From an uncultured Actinomycetota bacterium (GTDB taxonomy: Bacteria > Actinomycetota > Humimicrobiia > Humimicrobiales > Humimicrobiaceae): DNA of 64,000 nucleotides. Positions 50,336 through 60,567 of this stretch are shown piece after piece (positions within the stretch are counted from its first letter, which is position 1; every line of letters begins with the position of its first letter). Location of the stretch: contig CAYZUS010000002.1 in NCBI GenBank assembly GCA_964481885.1, forward strand, positions 40,837 through 104,836, in the 5' to 3' direction. A program made the translations under genes and the position numbers. The notes under the pieces are model-generated. The model had not been told where the DNA came from, ran no database searches, and saw only the letters and a program-made list of their open reading frames with translations.

Positions 50336-51523
50336 TTATTTTGCCAGATAAGCAGTTAGTTTCTCATCAAATGATTTGAAGAGATCAGCATTTTCTGTGT
50401 AGCTTGTTTCGTAGAATGCAAGATCCCACTGGAATTTATTTTCAGCTCGTGCCTTCAAATAATCCTCGATTACCCAAGGAATAGCCTGATCCAAATTTTC
50501 TTTGGTCATTGCTGCCCAAGGTTTGATCTGCAGATAAGTGAGAGCTTCTTCGCCTCTAAGATAACGGGAGATCTGCTGAATACAAAGATCAGCATTTAAT
50601 GATGGAGGATTTGGAGATGTAGCTGACATCTTGCCATCTTTAATTAACTGCCAACCTTCTTCTTTACCATTGCAGGAAACCATTATCTTGCCTGTTACGT
50701 TTTGTTCTTCAAATACCTGCTGAACACCGAAAGCTGTTTCTTCATTGCAAGCAAAAATTACATCAAATTCCCTGCCTGATGAAATAAGATCCTGTGTTAT
50801 AGGTATTGCAAGAGTTCTCTGCCATTCTGAGCTTTTGGTTAAAAATGCTGGTTCCAGGCCTGCTTCTTCAAGAGCCATATCAAAACCAACGATTTCGCCT
50901 TCAGCTGGGCCCTGTCCAAGAAATCCGGGGATATTTACACTCTTGGCATTAGGAACATTTTCTGCAACCCATTTGCCAACCTGATAACCCATGATTACAA
51001 AGTTATCAGTTACGTGTCCCTGAAGTTCAGTTCCTGCTGTAAGCTCAGGTTTTCCAGCGATAAAGAATATTGGCACCTTTGCATCGTTAGCAGCCTTGAT
51101 TGTAGTAGCGCTTCCTGCTGCACCTGCAGTTATAACTGCAATTGCGTCTACGCCCTTAGCGATAAGATCCTGAACGTTTGCAAGTTCTTTTTCAGGTTTG
51201 TAGTCAGAGTTAAGCTCTGTAACTATCATACCCTGTGATTCTGCCAAAGCCTTAAATGCTTTTCCAAATGCTGCATAATAATCATCAGGACCTGCATTTA
51301 CAAAGCCAAGTTGTTTTCCTGTAAGATCCATCTGAGCGGCTTCTGTTTCAACAGCAGCAGCAGTAGTTTCAGCAGCAGCAGCTGTGGTTTCAGCAGCAGC
51401 AGTTGTAGCAGCAGCTGTAGTAGCAGCAGCTGTAGTTTCAGCAACAGTTGCAGTTTTACAACCAATGCCTATTGATCCTAAAATAGCTATACAGATTACG
51501 ACTATAAGTAGCTTTTTTAACAT
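50336..51523 (-). CDS. sugar ABC transporter substrate-binding lipoprotein (periplasmic-binding-protein type I fold)
   Basis: Signal peptide plus Cys, then a Thr/Ala-rich linker (TAAETTAAATTAAA...), then a ribose/xylose-type PBP domain. Confidence 0.75.
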   Translation of the reverse strand: MLKKLLIVVICIAILGSIGIGCKTATVAETTAAATTAAATTAAAETTAAAAETTAAAVETEAAQMDLTGKQLGFVNAGPDDYYAAFGKAFKALAESQGMIVTELNSDYKPEKELANVQDLIAKGVDAIAVITAGAAGSATTIKAANDAKVPIFFIAGKPELTAGTELQGHVTDNFVIMGYQVGKWVAENVPNAKSVNIPGFLGQGPAEGEIVGFDMALEEAGLEPAFLTKSSEWQRTLAIPITQDLISSGREFDVIFACNEETAFGVQQVFEEQNVTGKIMVSCNGKEEGWQLIKDGKMSATSPNPPSLNADLCIQQISRYLRGEEALTYLQIKPWAAMTKENLDQAIPWVIEDYLKARAENKFQWDLAFYETSYTENADLFKSFDEKLTAYLAK

Positions 51524-51600
51524 CTTTTCCTCCTTTTATCTTTCCTTCTTTTGTATTTACGCTAGCAGAACATTTGCGCATCAAAATTATGATGCAATTT

Positions 51601-52650
51601 TTATTTTACAGATCTTTCTTCATCAGCTGTCAGCATGACAGAAGAGGACCTGGTACTACTTATGTAAGTAAGAGACACAGCAAACACTATCAGTAACCCT
51701 CTGGTTACATATTGCCAATGGGGATTGACGCCGATAATATTAAGTGCATTTGAAATAATGCCCAGCATCAGCACTCCGATAAACGTACCCCAGGCGTTCC
51801 CTTTACCACCGACAAGTGCGGTTCCACCGACAACAACAGCTGCAATGACTTCTATCTCCTTTCCTTCACCCATCAGCGGGTTTCCTGTGCCAAGCCTTGA
51901 GAGCTGCGCCATGGTTGCTATTGCAACGAAAATTCCGTTGATGCCGTACAGCATGAGCTTAAAGTTTTTTACATTAATACCTGCAAGATATGCTGCACTT
52001 TCATTGCCACCCACAGCATATACTCTGCGTCCAAACTTGGTATATTTCAAAATAAACCATACTATTACTGTAAGAATAATGAATAATATTACAGGAAATG
52101 CTATTTTCAAAACCGGCTGATTTAGAGGGATATTAAGATAAGTCTTGCCGAGGAAAGTAAATTTCCCCTCGATTGTTATCTCTCTGCCGTTTGTTATAAG
52201 ATATGTAAAACCCTTGTATATGCTTAAAAACCCCAGGGAAACTATAAAAGCTTCAAGTTTTGTTCGCGAGATTATAAGTCCCATTACAAGCTGCAACGCT
52301 ACCGCAACTACAAGCCCGAGCCCGGCGGCTCCCCATTCATTCCATCCCAGTGTTTTAATCAGAAAAGCCATGCCTGTGCCTATAAAACACATCATCTGCC
52401 CTACTGAAAGGTCTATGCCTCCTGAGATCATAATAAGTGTCATACTTAATGCAAGCATGCCTGTTATTGATACCTGCAAAAAGACATTTGCAATATTCAT
52501 GGGTTTAATGAACGCAACTTTGGAAATATCCATGCTGCGCACTGCAAAAAACTCCACAATAATGACGATTGCAATAATGAAAAGCAGCACTAAAAAAATG
52601 GATAGATTTTCGTTCTTTGAAAATCTTTTTAACGGATTCTTAGACCTCAT
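51601..52650 (-). CDS. sugar ABC transporter permease (RbsC/XylH-like)
   Basis: 349 aa polytopic membrane protein. Its stop overlaps the ATPase gene by 4 nt. Confidence 0.8.
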   Translation of the reverse strand: MRSKNPLKRFSKNENLSIFLVLLFIIAIVIIVEFFAVRSMDISKVAFIKPMNIANVFLQVSITGMLALSMTLIMISGGIDLSVGQMMCFIGTGMAFLIKTLGWNEWGAAGLGLVVAVALQLVMGLIISRTKLEAFIVSLGFLSIYKGFTYLITNGREITIEGKFTFLGKTYLNIPLNQPVLKIAFPVILFIILTVIVWFILKYTKFGRRVYAVGGNESAAYLAGINVKNFKLMLYGINGIFVAIATMAQLSRLGTGNPLMGEGKEIEVIAAVVVGGTALVGGKGNAWGTFIGVLMLGIISNALNIIGVNPHWQYVTRGLLIVFAVSLTYISSTRSSSVMLTADEERSVK

Positions 52651-54137
52651 CTCATGCTCCCTCCAATCGAGTATTTAAGTATATTTTCTTCATTGATCTC
52701 ATCTTTACTTAATTGTGCCGCCATGTTTCCGTCCCGCATAACCATTACTTTGTCACTCATGGCAACGAGTTCCGGCATGTCAGAGGAAATCATAATTATG
52801 GCTTTTTTAGCCTGCAGAAGCTCCACCATGATTTTATAGATTTCTTCCTTTGCCCCAACATCTATTCCACGCGTCGGCTCATCAAAAATAAATATTTCCG
52901 CATTTGTAGCAAACCATTTCCCTAAAACAACTTTTTGCTGATTTCCGCCTGAAAGAAACATAGCCTTCTGGGACACGCTTGGTGTTGCAATTTCCAAAAG
53001 ATCAACATATTTTTTAGTTATTGCTACATCTTCGGATGGCATTGCAAAAGGCATCTTTGTCTGCGAATAACTTGCAATGGGGATATTTTTGTCAAGGGCA
53101 TGCTTGAGAAATAATCCGGTCTCCTGCCTGTTCTCAGTAATAAAGCACATTTTGTTTGAAATCGCTGAAAAAGGTGTCCTTATATCAACATGTTCCCCTT
53201 TTATTATAATCTCACCAAAAACAGCTTTTTTTGCTCCAAATAAAAGCTCTGCCAGCTCTGTTCTTCCCGAACCTACCATACCGGCAATACCCAGCAATTC
53301 ACCGCTTCTTACTGAAAACGAAATATCTTTAACTCCGTTGCCGCTTAAATTTTTCGCTTCAAACATAACATCCCCGATATCAGCTTTTTGACGCTGATAA
53401 AATAATGAAACGTCACGGCCAACCATGTCTATTATAAGCTGCTGCTCTGTCAGATCTTTAATATCATATGTATTAATTTTCTGCCCATCCCGGATAACTG
53501 TGACCCTGTCAGCGACTTTAAATACCTCTTCAAGGTGGTGAGAAATGTAAACAATGCTTATTCCGCTTTTTGCCAGCTTCCTTAGAATATCGAGCAAGTG
53601 GCTGATTTCGGTCTGTGTAAATGATGAAGTTGGCTCATCAAGGATTATAACCTTGGAATCATGCAGCAAACCTCTGGCTATTTCAACTGTTTTTTGTCCT
53701 CCACTCCCCAACTGCCCGACAATATCATATGGAGATATGTCAGAATGAAGAAATTCCAAAATTTCTTTGGCTTTGGCGACCATCTTTGTTTTATTAAGAA
53801 TGACCCCGTTTGCAATCTCATTGCCTGTAAAAAGATTTTCAAAAACGCTCAGCAGCGGAAATAATGTGTGCTCCTGGTATATTGTCTGGATACCCATTAT
53901 CATTGCTGCGCGGGGATTTGCTATATTGGCTTTTTCCCCATTAAAATATATGTCTCCCTTGTCCGGCGTATAGGCTCCTGAGAGCATCTTGATAAGTGTT
54001 GATTTGCCGGCACCATTCTCACCGCATATGCAGTGAATCTCTCCCCTTCTCAGATCAAACTCAAAGCCTTCAAAAACTTTGACACCCGGAAAGGATTTAT
54101 AAATACTTTTCATCTCAAGAATCAAGTCTTGGGGCAT
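52647..54137 (-). CDS. sugar ABC transporter ATP-binding protein with duplicated ATPase domains (RbsA/XylG-like)
   Basis: Two Walker A sites (GENGAGKST and GMVGSGRTE) and two LSGGxQQK signatures. 496 aa. Confidence 0.9.
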   Translation of the reverse strand: MPQDLILEMKSIYKSFPGVKVFEGFEFDLRRGEIHCICGENGAGKSTLIKMLSGAYTPDKGDIYFNGEKANIANPRAAMIMGIQTIYQEHTLFPLLSVFENLFTGNEIANGVILNKTKMVAKAKEILEFLHSDISPYDIVGQLGSGGQKTVEIARGLLHDSKVIILDEPTSSFTQTEISHLLDILRKLAKSGISIVYISHHLEEVFKVADRVTVIRDGQKINTYDIKDLTEQQLIIDMVGRDVSLFYQRQKADIGDVMFEAKNLSGNGVKDISFSVRSGELLGIAGMVGSGRTELAELLFGAKKAVFGEIIIKGEHVDIRTPFSAISNKMCFITENRQETGLFLKHALDKNIPIASYSQTKMPFAMPSEDVAITKKYVDLLEIATPSVSQKAMFLSGGNQQKVVLGKWFATNAEIFIFDEPTRGIDVGAKEEIYKIMVELLQAKKAIIMISSDMPELVAMSDKVMVMRDGNMAAQLSKDEINEENILKYSIGGSMR

Positions 54138-54254
54138 AAAATTCCCTCCTGTCCCATCATCTTTCTATCGCATTCGTTTATATTTAATCTTTTTATCATT
54201 TATTTTGCAAATAATTAAATTATACCATTTATGGCTTATGCTTCAGCGCATCAA

Positions 54255-55286
54255 TTATGGCGCAGATTGCCTTATAACTATACTCGGTTCAAGAGTAATT
54301 TTCTTTTTTATATTCTCTTCTTTTCTTATCACTTTAAAAAGAGTGTCTGTTCCCTGGATGCACATCGTCATTATGGGCTGGTTTATGGTTGTCAGGCTTG
54401 GAGATATAACGCTTGAGAACGGAACATTGTCATACCCTATAACAGCTATATCCTGAGGAACCCTGATTTTTAATTCATTAAGTCTTTTAATTACACCAAA
54501 AGCCATTTGATCTGTTGAAGCAAATATCCCTTCGGGCCTGCCTTTTGACAGTATCTCTTTGGTTGCGATGTAACCAAGCTCGATTTTTTCATACTCATTG
54601 TCTTCTTTTGCTATGTAAACCATTTCACTTTTTATCGGCAGGCCAAACTCTTTCATTGCTCTTTTGAAACCTTCGTATCTGTCACGCAATGACATATTAT
54701 ACAAAGGTTCGCTGCAGTAAGCTATGTTTTTAATACCCAGCGAAATGAAATGCTGCACTACAAGAAAACTTCCTTTTATGTTGTTTAAAAGCACGCAGGG
54801 TGCCTCTCCCTCATCTTCAGTTACTTCATCGTCAATCGCTACAAAAGGTATGTTATGCTTATAGAGTTTTTTATAACACTCCCTGTTTGTCAGACCATAA
54901 CATATTATTACACCTGCGACTTTTTGCTGTATCAGGGAAATTATATACCAGTCCTCTATGACGGCGTCGTGCATTGTATTGCATATAAAAGTAAAATAAT
55001 CAAGTTCCCGGGTTATTTTTTCGTTATACTTTATCATTTCATTGTAATAACTGTTCATAACATCCGGTACTACAATACCAATTGTATTGGTCGTGCTTTT
55101 TTTTAGGTTCCTGGCAACAAGATTTGGTATATATCCAAGCCGGTCTGCAGTATCAAGAACTCTTTTTTTTACTGTTTCAGATATATCTTCGGAGTCATTT
55201 ATGGCATACGAAACAGTAGCCTGTGTTACTCCGGTAAGACGGGCTATGTCTTTCATTGTTGGATTTTTAAGCGCTTTTTTCAACAT
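54255..55286 (-). CDS. LacI family transcriptional regulator
   Basis: N-terminal HTH (TMKDIARLTGVTQATVSYAIN) and a PBP-type effector domain. 343 aa. Confidence 0.9.
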   Translation of the reverse strand: MLKKALKNPTMKDIARLTGVTQATVSYAINDSEDISETVKKRVLDTADRLGYIPNLVARNLKKSTTNTIGIVVPDVMNSYYNEMIKYNEKITRELDYFTFICNTMHDAVIEDWYIISLIQQKVAGVIICYGLTNRECYKKLYKHNIPFVAIDDEVTEDEGEAPCVLLNNIKGSFLVVQHFISLGIKNIAYCSEPLYNMSLRDRYEGFKRAMKEFGLPIKSEMVYIAKEDNEYEKIELGYIATKEILSKGRPEGIFASTDQMAFGVIKRLNELKIRVPQDIAVIGYDNVPFSSVISPSLTTINQPIMTMCIQGTDTLFKVIRKEENIKKKITLEPSIVIRQSAP

Positions 55287-55618
55287 AATGCCAAGTGCAA
55301 AATTTTTAAATTTTTATTACTCTCAGTATTAAATAGATTACTACTTATACGTTTAAATCTATTTGCCGAAATTATCCCACATTATTTTACTGATTTCAAT
55401 ACCAAATTCAAGTATTGTTTTATAATTTTATTATACTTTTATTACTTGTCATAAGACTGGCTGTACACAGGCAGATCTTACATACTATAGAAATTTTAGA
55501 ATACTTATTTAAAATTATTTTAAAAAATACCGGCTCGGTCAACTTAAATGCTGGATCAACCCTTCTATTTGCTGACTTGTTTTTATAGTTATAAATAAAT
55601 ATTACACAAAATCAAATT

Positions 55619-55653
55619 GAGAGAAACGGCTCTTGATTTGAACCGTTTCTCTC
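55619..55653 (-). terminator. rho-independent terminator after the TIM-barrel gene at 55663-56502
   Basis: Perfect 11-bp stem GAGAGAAACGG/CCGTTTCTCTC with a 13-nt loop. On the minus strand a U-rich tract follows (revcomp of atcaaattga...aca = UGUGUAAUAUUUAUUUAU...AUUUGAUUUUGU). Confidence 0.6.
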
Positions 55654-55662
55654 AACAAAAAT

Positions 55663-56502
55663 CTATATAATTGCTCTCAGGAAATCCACGCTGGCGCCTA
55701 TTTTTTCATCCAGCCCTGAACATTCTATTGAAATATCGCCATCCCAATTTGTTTCTTTCAGGAATTGGATACATTTCTTTATGTTGTCAGCATTTACGCC
55801 TTCTCCTATAGCTACTTCGCTGCATGCAATACCTGTATCTTCTCCACGAAGTGCGGCTGCGAGCCCGGCACTGACATCCTTGATGTGCGCATGCGTTACA
55901 TATTTTCTCATGGCTTTAAGAAACTCCAGTGGGTCGTTGCCCTGAATAAATGTATTTCCTGTGTCCATGTTAAACCTTAAATACTCAGATTCAAAATGTG
56001 AAAGAAGTTTCTGCATGAAGTCAATATCACCCGTATAAGGTCCATGAGGTTCAACATTAATTATGATCTTATAATCCTCGGCCCACTTAATGCATTCCTG
56101 GTAATTGCGGATAGTCTGCTTTAAGACTTCTTCCTTAGACATATCATAAACCCTGCCGCTGTCTGTGGTGTCAACTTTGGGACAACCCAAATCTCGGGCA
56201 AAACGTATTGACTGCTGAACGTACTGCACGCCATATACCGCACCGTCAAATCCCATCATCGGATAAGAACCATCAATCTGGGAAACTTTCAAACCTCTTG
56301 CATCACAAAGCCTTCTGATTTCCAGAGGATTCTGCCTTAGTGCAAGACTCGGCTCATAGCCCATTGCCTGAATAAAGTACTGCCCGTCGATCATTCCAAA
56401 CTCCATATGATCGAGTTTGTACTTAGCTGCTGAATCAAGAGCTGCCATGTAGCCGCCACTCAGAGTCCTCCAGTTATCAGCATGCATACCAAGTCTAATC
56501 AT
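55663..56502 (-). CDS. sugar phosphate isomerase/epimerase (xylose-isomerase-like TIM barrel)
   Basis: NVEPHGP...FNMDTGN...HAHIKD. 279 aa. Confidence 0.75.
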   Translation of the reverse strand: MIRLGMHADNWRTLSGGYMAALDSAAKYKLDHMEFGMIDGQYFIQAMGYEPSLALRQNPLEIRRLCDARGLKVSQIDGSYPMMGFDGAVYGVQYVQQSIRFARDLGCPKVDTTDSGRVYDMSKEEVLKQTIRNYQECIKWAEDYKIIINVEPHGPYTGDIDFMQKLLSHFESEYLRFNMDTGNTFIQGNDPLEFLKAMRKYVTHAHIKDVSAGLAAALRGEDTGIACSEVAIGEGVNADNIKKCIQFLKETNWDGDISIECSGLDEKIGASVDFLRAII

Positions 56503-56915
56503 GTTTGTTCTCCTTCTTATTTGATTATAAGTTCTCGCGAATGCGAAAAATTGAGTCAGATTTTTAGATGCCGATCCTCATGCCACTTTTTAAAATGTTT
56601 AAAATCGTTTGTTTATGAAGCCTGCTTATTCAGGTATGTGTTTCCAGCTTATACGTTTAATTTATGCAATATAACATATTTATTTCGCCAAATCAATAAC
56701 AGTTGGCAAAACAGTTGGTAAAAAAATGACACAATAAATTGTATATATTTTGTTTGCTTAATACACATTATCCCTTATGATATATTGTAAAATTCAGGAG
56801 GGTAATTATAATAATAAAATTTTATATTGAATTAATCGCAAGAGCAATTTTCTGGCTGTTCGGTTTCTGGTTTTTATAGAAAATTCCGTATTGCAGCAAA
56901 AGCAGTAAAAACAGT

Positions 56916-57995
56916 TTGAGAGAAATCGAAAAACTTAACAGTGATAATCATTTGGGCAAGACTTACCCCTTTAAAGTCTCGATAATAATTCCGGCAAGAA
57001 ATGAAGAAAAAACACTGCCATTTCTGTTAAGTTCAATTCAGTCCCAAACCGTAAGGCCGCACGAAATAATACTCGTAAACGATCAGTCGGAAGACCGCAC
57101 AGAGGAAATAGGAAAACAATTTGGAGTAAGTATTATCAATATCGAATCTTTGCCGGAAGGCTGGCGTGGGAAAAACTGGGCATGCTACAAAGGTGCCGAG
57201 AATGCTTCGGGGGATTTGTTTCTTTTCCTTGATGCAGACACTGCTTTTGATCCTGGTGGGCTTGAAAGACTGCTTGAGTGCCACCTTCAGTGCAAAGGAG
57301 TAGTTTCGGTTGAACCATACCATAAAATTAAAAAGTTTTATGAGAATTTTGCAGCATATTTCAACATAATACTTATGGGCTCAATGAATGTTTTTACGCC
57401 TTTGCAGTTTAAACTCAAACCAATTGGCGCATTCGGGCCATGCCTTCTTTGCGACAGAGAGACTTACTTTTCAATAGATGGTCACAGAAGTACAAAAGAC
57501 AAGATTATGGAAGATCTGGAACTTGGCAAGATCCTGTTATCCCGAGGCATATACGTATACTGCTTTGGTGGGAAAGGCACTATCTCTTTTAGGATGTACC
57601 CTTATGGAATCGGGAGCATTGTAAAAGGGTTCTCAAGAGGATTTGCAGTCGGCGCCAAATCAACATCAGTGATTACTTTTATTCTGGAAATACTGTGGAT
57701 ATCAGGCTCATTTTTCCCCCTTACAATACTTATTCAAAGCATGGTAAATTATAATTTAACGGGGATAATAACAGGTATTATATTTTATGTTGCTTATGTG
57801 GCCCAGGTTTTATGGATGGCAAGAAGAATCGGTAATTTCAGCCCGGCAGTCGCAATTTTTTTTCCAGTTTTTTTAATGTTTTTTATCTCCGTATTTTTCT
57901 GGTCGGTGCTGCAAAATGTATTAAAACTCAATATCAGATGGAAGGGCAGAATCATAAATCCAAAAACTGACAGAAAAAAGAGCCAAAAAAAATAA
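56916..57995 (+). CDS. family 2 glycosyltransferase with C-terminal transmembrane segments
   Basis: VSIIIPARNEE...FLDADT (DxD) GT-A fold motifs. Three to four C-terminal transmembrane helices. 359 aa. Confidence 0.8.
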   Translation: MREIEKLNSDNHLGKTYPFKVSIIIPARNEEKTLPFLLSSIQSQTVRPHEIILVNDQSEDRTEEIGKQFGVSIINIESLPEGWRGKNWACYKGAENASGDLFLFLDADTAFDPGGLERLLECHLQCKGVVSVEPYHKIKKFYENFAAYFNIILMGSMNVFTPLQFKLKPIGAFGPCLLCDRETYFSIDGHRSTKDKIMEDLELGKILLSRGIYVYCFGGKGTISFRMYPYGIGSIVKGFSRGFAVGAKSTSVITFILEILWISGSFFPLTILIQSMVNYNLTGIITGIIFYVAYVAQVLWMARRIGNFSPAVAIFFPVFLMFFISVFFWSVLQNVLKLNIRWKGRIINPKTDRKKSQKK

Positions 57996-58009
57996 AGGCA
58001 GGGCAATAT

Positions 58010-58405
58010 ATGGTATTTCAGCTTTCACATTTCTGGATAATATTCCTGGATATAAGCGTTTGGGCAGTTATTCATCTTGGTGTTTCATATTTATGTTCAA
58101 TGATCCCCTTAAATAAGTTCAATCCTGATAGCTGGTGGTACAGTATAAAAAATGCTGAGAATAATGGAAATATTTATGCCGTCTTTTTTAAAGTAAAAAA
58201 ATGGAAACAGTTTGTTCCAGATGGAGCAAAACTCTTTAAGGGTGGTTTTCCAAAAAAGAAACTACAATCCTCCGGCTCCAAATATTTAAATACTTTTATG
58301 CTGGAAACATGCAGAGGTGAACTTACACACTGGCTGCAAATATTACCGGCAGCAGTATTTTTTCTTTGGAACATCTGGTGGGCAGGAGTGATAATGATAG
58401 CTTAG
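58010..58405 (+). CDS. small integral membrane protein; a possible glycolipid acyltransferase partner of the GT2 (CrtO-like?)
   Basis: 131 aa, hydrophobic at both ends with a central KKWKQF region. The assignment is speculative. Confidence 0.3.
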   Translation: MVFQLSHFWIIFLDISVWAVIHLGVSYLCSMIPLNKFNPDSWWYSIKNAENNGNIYAVFFKVKKWKQFVPDGAKLFKGGFPKKKLQSSGSKYLNTFMLETCRGELTHWLQILPAAVFFLWNIWWAGVIMIA

Positions 58406-58501
58406 GCTTTGTGCGCGAACATTCCTTGCATAATGCTTCAAAGATATAACAGGGCAAGGCTCCAGAGAGTCCTTGGAAAAATGAAATAAAAAAGTTGCCT
58501 G

Positions 58502-58996
58502 CTAGATGCTTATTATTTCGAATTTCTTATCCTCTGTGTTAAAAATCCCGAAAGTCGGGCTGCTGTCTTTTTTAAAATAGCTGTGCGCGGACCCTGGGCT
58601 TAAAAGAAGGGTGTTCCCGAATACCGACTGCTCAGACTTGTGAAAATGGCCGCTCAAAACCACATCGTAGCTCCCGCTTTTTGCCAGAGCCTCTGAGATT
58701 TCCCGGTACTCTCCATGATACAAAGCAAAACTTAAGCCGTCCCAGACAACCCTGCCAAAATCTCCCAGAATCGTTGCGCCTATTTCAGAAAAAGCCTGAA
58801 TGAGCCCGTATTTATAGCCGTCGTTATTTCCAAATATACCGGTAAGCTGAAAATCTTTGAAAAGCCTCACCATTGGCGGAGCCACATAATCCCCCAGATG
58901 GATGACATTTTCAATATTTTCTTTTTTAAAAATTCGCACAATCTTTTTTACATTTCCTTCATCATCATGCGTATCAGAAACTATTCCAATTCTCAT
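58502..58996 (-). CDS. metallophosphoesterase (YfcE/MJ0936 family)
   Basis: MRIGIVSDTHDD...HLGDYV...GNND...GHFH motifs. 164 aa. Confidence 0.85.
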   Translation of the reverse strand: MRIGIVSDTHDDEGNVKKIVRIFKKENIENVIHLGDYVAPPMVRLFKDFQLTGIFGNNDGYKYGLIQAFSEIGATILGDFGRVVWDGLSFALYHGEYREISEALAKSGSYDVVLSGHFHKSEQSVFGNTLLLSPGSAHSYFKKDSSPTFGIFNTEDKKFEIISI

Positions 58997-59126
58997 AAAA
59001 GCTCCCAGATTATAATAATTTAAATAACTTTTGCTTAATTATAATAAGGCTTTTTTTAATTTACAATTTCCATTAAAAATATATAATTAGCTGATTCTAT
59101 TTATCTTATAAGGTTTTCACGAAAAA

Positions 59127-60365
59127 ATGAAAATTTTCAGAGAATTTTTAGCCCTTCCAAGAACAGTGTATGTTCTTTTTTTTGCCAGGATAATAAACAG
59201 TATCGGCAGTTTTGTATATCCGCTCCTTGCAATCCTGCTGACACAGAAACTTGGTTACGATGAAAGGGCAGCAGGTATCATAACTACAGTATGCATCGCG
59301 GTCGGCGGCCTGGGAATGCTTATCGGTGGGAAACTTGCCGACAAAGTAGGCAGAAAAAAGTTATTTATAATATCGAGCCTGGCCGGTGCTGCTGCATTTA
59401 TTATTTGCGGCTTCCTTGGTAGTTCAAAAATTATTATATATTTTATACTTGCAGGAAATTTTTTAAGCATTGCCCAATGGCCGACCATAGACGCAATGGT
59501 TGCGGACGCTACAAACAAGGGCAACAGGCAAAATGCATTTTCGCTTCTTTATCTCGGATCAAATATGGGCGTTGCGATCGGCCCATTGATTGCAGGCTTT
59601 TTAATTACAAATCACCTGAAGTGGTTCTTCCTTGGGGACGGCATTACTACTTTGCTTTCTTTAATACCGGTATTTTTACTCGTTAAAGATACAAGTCCGA
59701 CAAGACAGGAGATTGAAGCTGTGCCTGACAGTGATACTGAAAGGGCTGAGAAAGGAAATGTCTTTAAAGCGCTCGCACAGAGACCGGTACTTCTGATATT
59801 TACCTTTATTGCAATATTTATTTCGCTTGTTTATGCTCAGTACACTTTCGGTCTGCCGCTGTTTGTCAACAGCATTTTTGGTGTTTCAGGGCCAAAAATA
59901 TTCGGTTCCCTGATGTCAATTAATGCCGGAATGGTAGTACTGCTTACACTTTTTATGATTTCTTTTACAAAAAGATTTAAGCCGCTCCAAAGCATAGTGG
60001 CAGGTATTCTTTTGTATGCTGCAGGTTTTGGAATTCTTTATTTTGCCGCTAATATTTATCTTCTTGTCATTTCAACAATTTTGTGGACAGCCGGTGAGAT
60101 AATTATCGTCGTAAATGTAGAGGTCTTTATTGCAAACAATTCCCCCATTACCCACAGAGGAAGATTTTTTGCAACAATAGCTTTCGTACAGGAATCAGGT
60201 TTTGCAGTTTCACCAATGCTGGCCGGCTTTTTTATCGCAAGTTTTGGAATAAGAAAAATATGGCCCGTTGTCTCACTTTTTGCTATCGCAGCTGCTTTGA
60301 TGATGACTGGACTATACTTCCTGCAAAAATTAAAAAAAATACAGCAGCTAAGTGCAAAAAAATAA
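59127..60365 (+). CDS. MFS transporter
   Basis: 412 aa with 12 predicted transmembrane helices, and GGKLADKVGRKK between TM2 and TM3. Confidence 0.8.
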   Translation: MKIFREFLALPRTVYVLFFARIINSIGSFVYPLLAILLTQKLGYDERAAGIITTVCIAVGGLGMLIGGKLADKVGRKKLFIISSLAGAAAFIICGFLGSSKIIIYFILAGNFLSIAQWPTIDAMVADATNKGNRQNAFSLLYLGSNMGVAIGPLIAGFLITNHLKWFFLGDGITTLLSLIPVFLLVKDTSPTRQEIEAVPDSDTERAEKGNVFKALAQRPVLLIFTFIAIFISLVYAQYTFGLPLFVNSIFGVSGPKIFGSLMSINAGMVVLLTLFMISFTKRFKPLQSIVAGILLYAAGFGILYFAANIYLLVISTILWTAGEIIIVVNVEVFIANNSPITHRGRFFATIAFVQESGFAVSPMLAGFFIASFGIRKIWPVVSLFAIAAALMMTGLYFLQKLKKIQQLSAKK

Positions 60366-60567
60366 AATTTGAGTCAGACAGCTTTTATCAAGGGAAACAC
60401 TTGCCTGGCGATGTTTCTAATGAAGCCGTGAAATTTCAGGCAATCTGTGCCCCAAACCTGGGTTGCCATGGAGCCGAAACACCAATCTTCTTTTTCAATA
60501 CATACTAATCAGTTTCTAATTAACAACCTGCCGGGCATGGTGGATTGAGAGAAATTTAAGATTTTTT

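Noticed and set aside
51340-51470. GCAGCAGC-rich nucleotide repeat
   Set aside because: It lies inside the substrate-binding-protein CDS (minus strand) and encodes the Thr/Ala-rich lipoprotein linker. It is coding low-complexity sequence, not a regulatory repeat.
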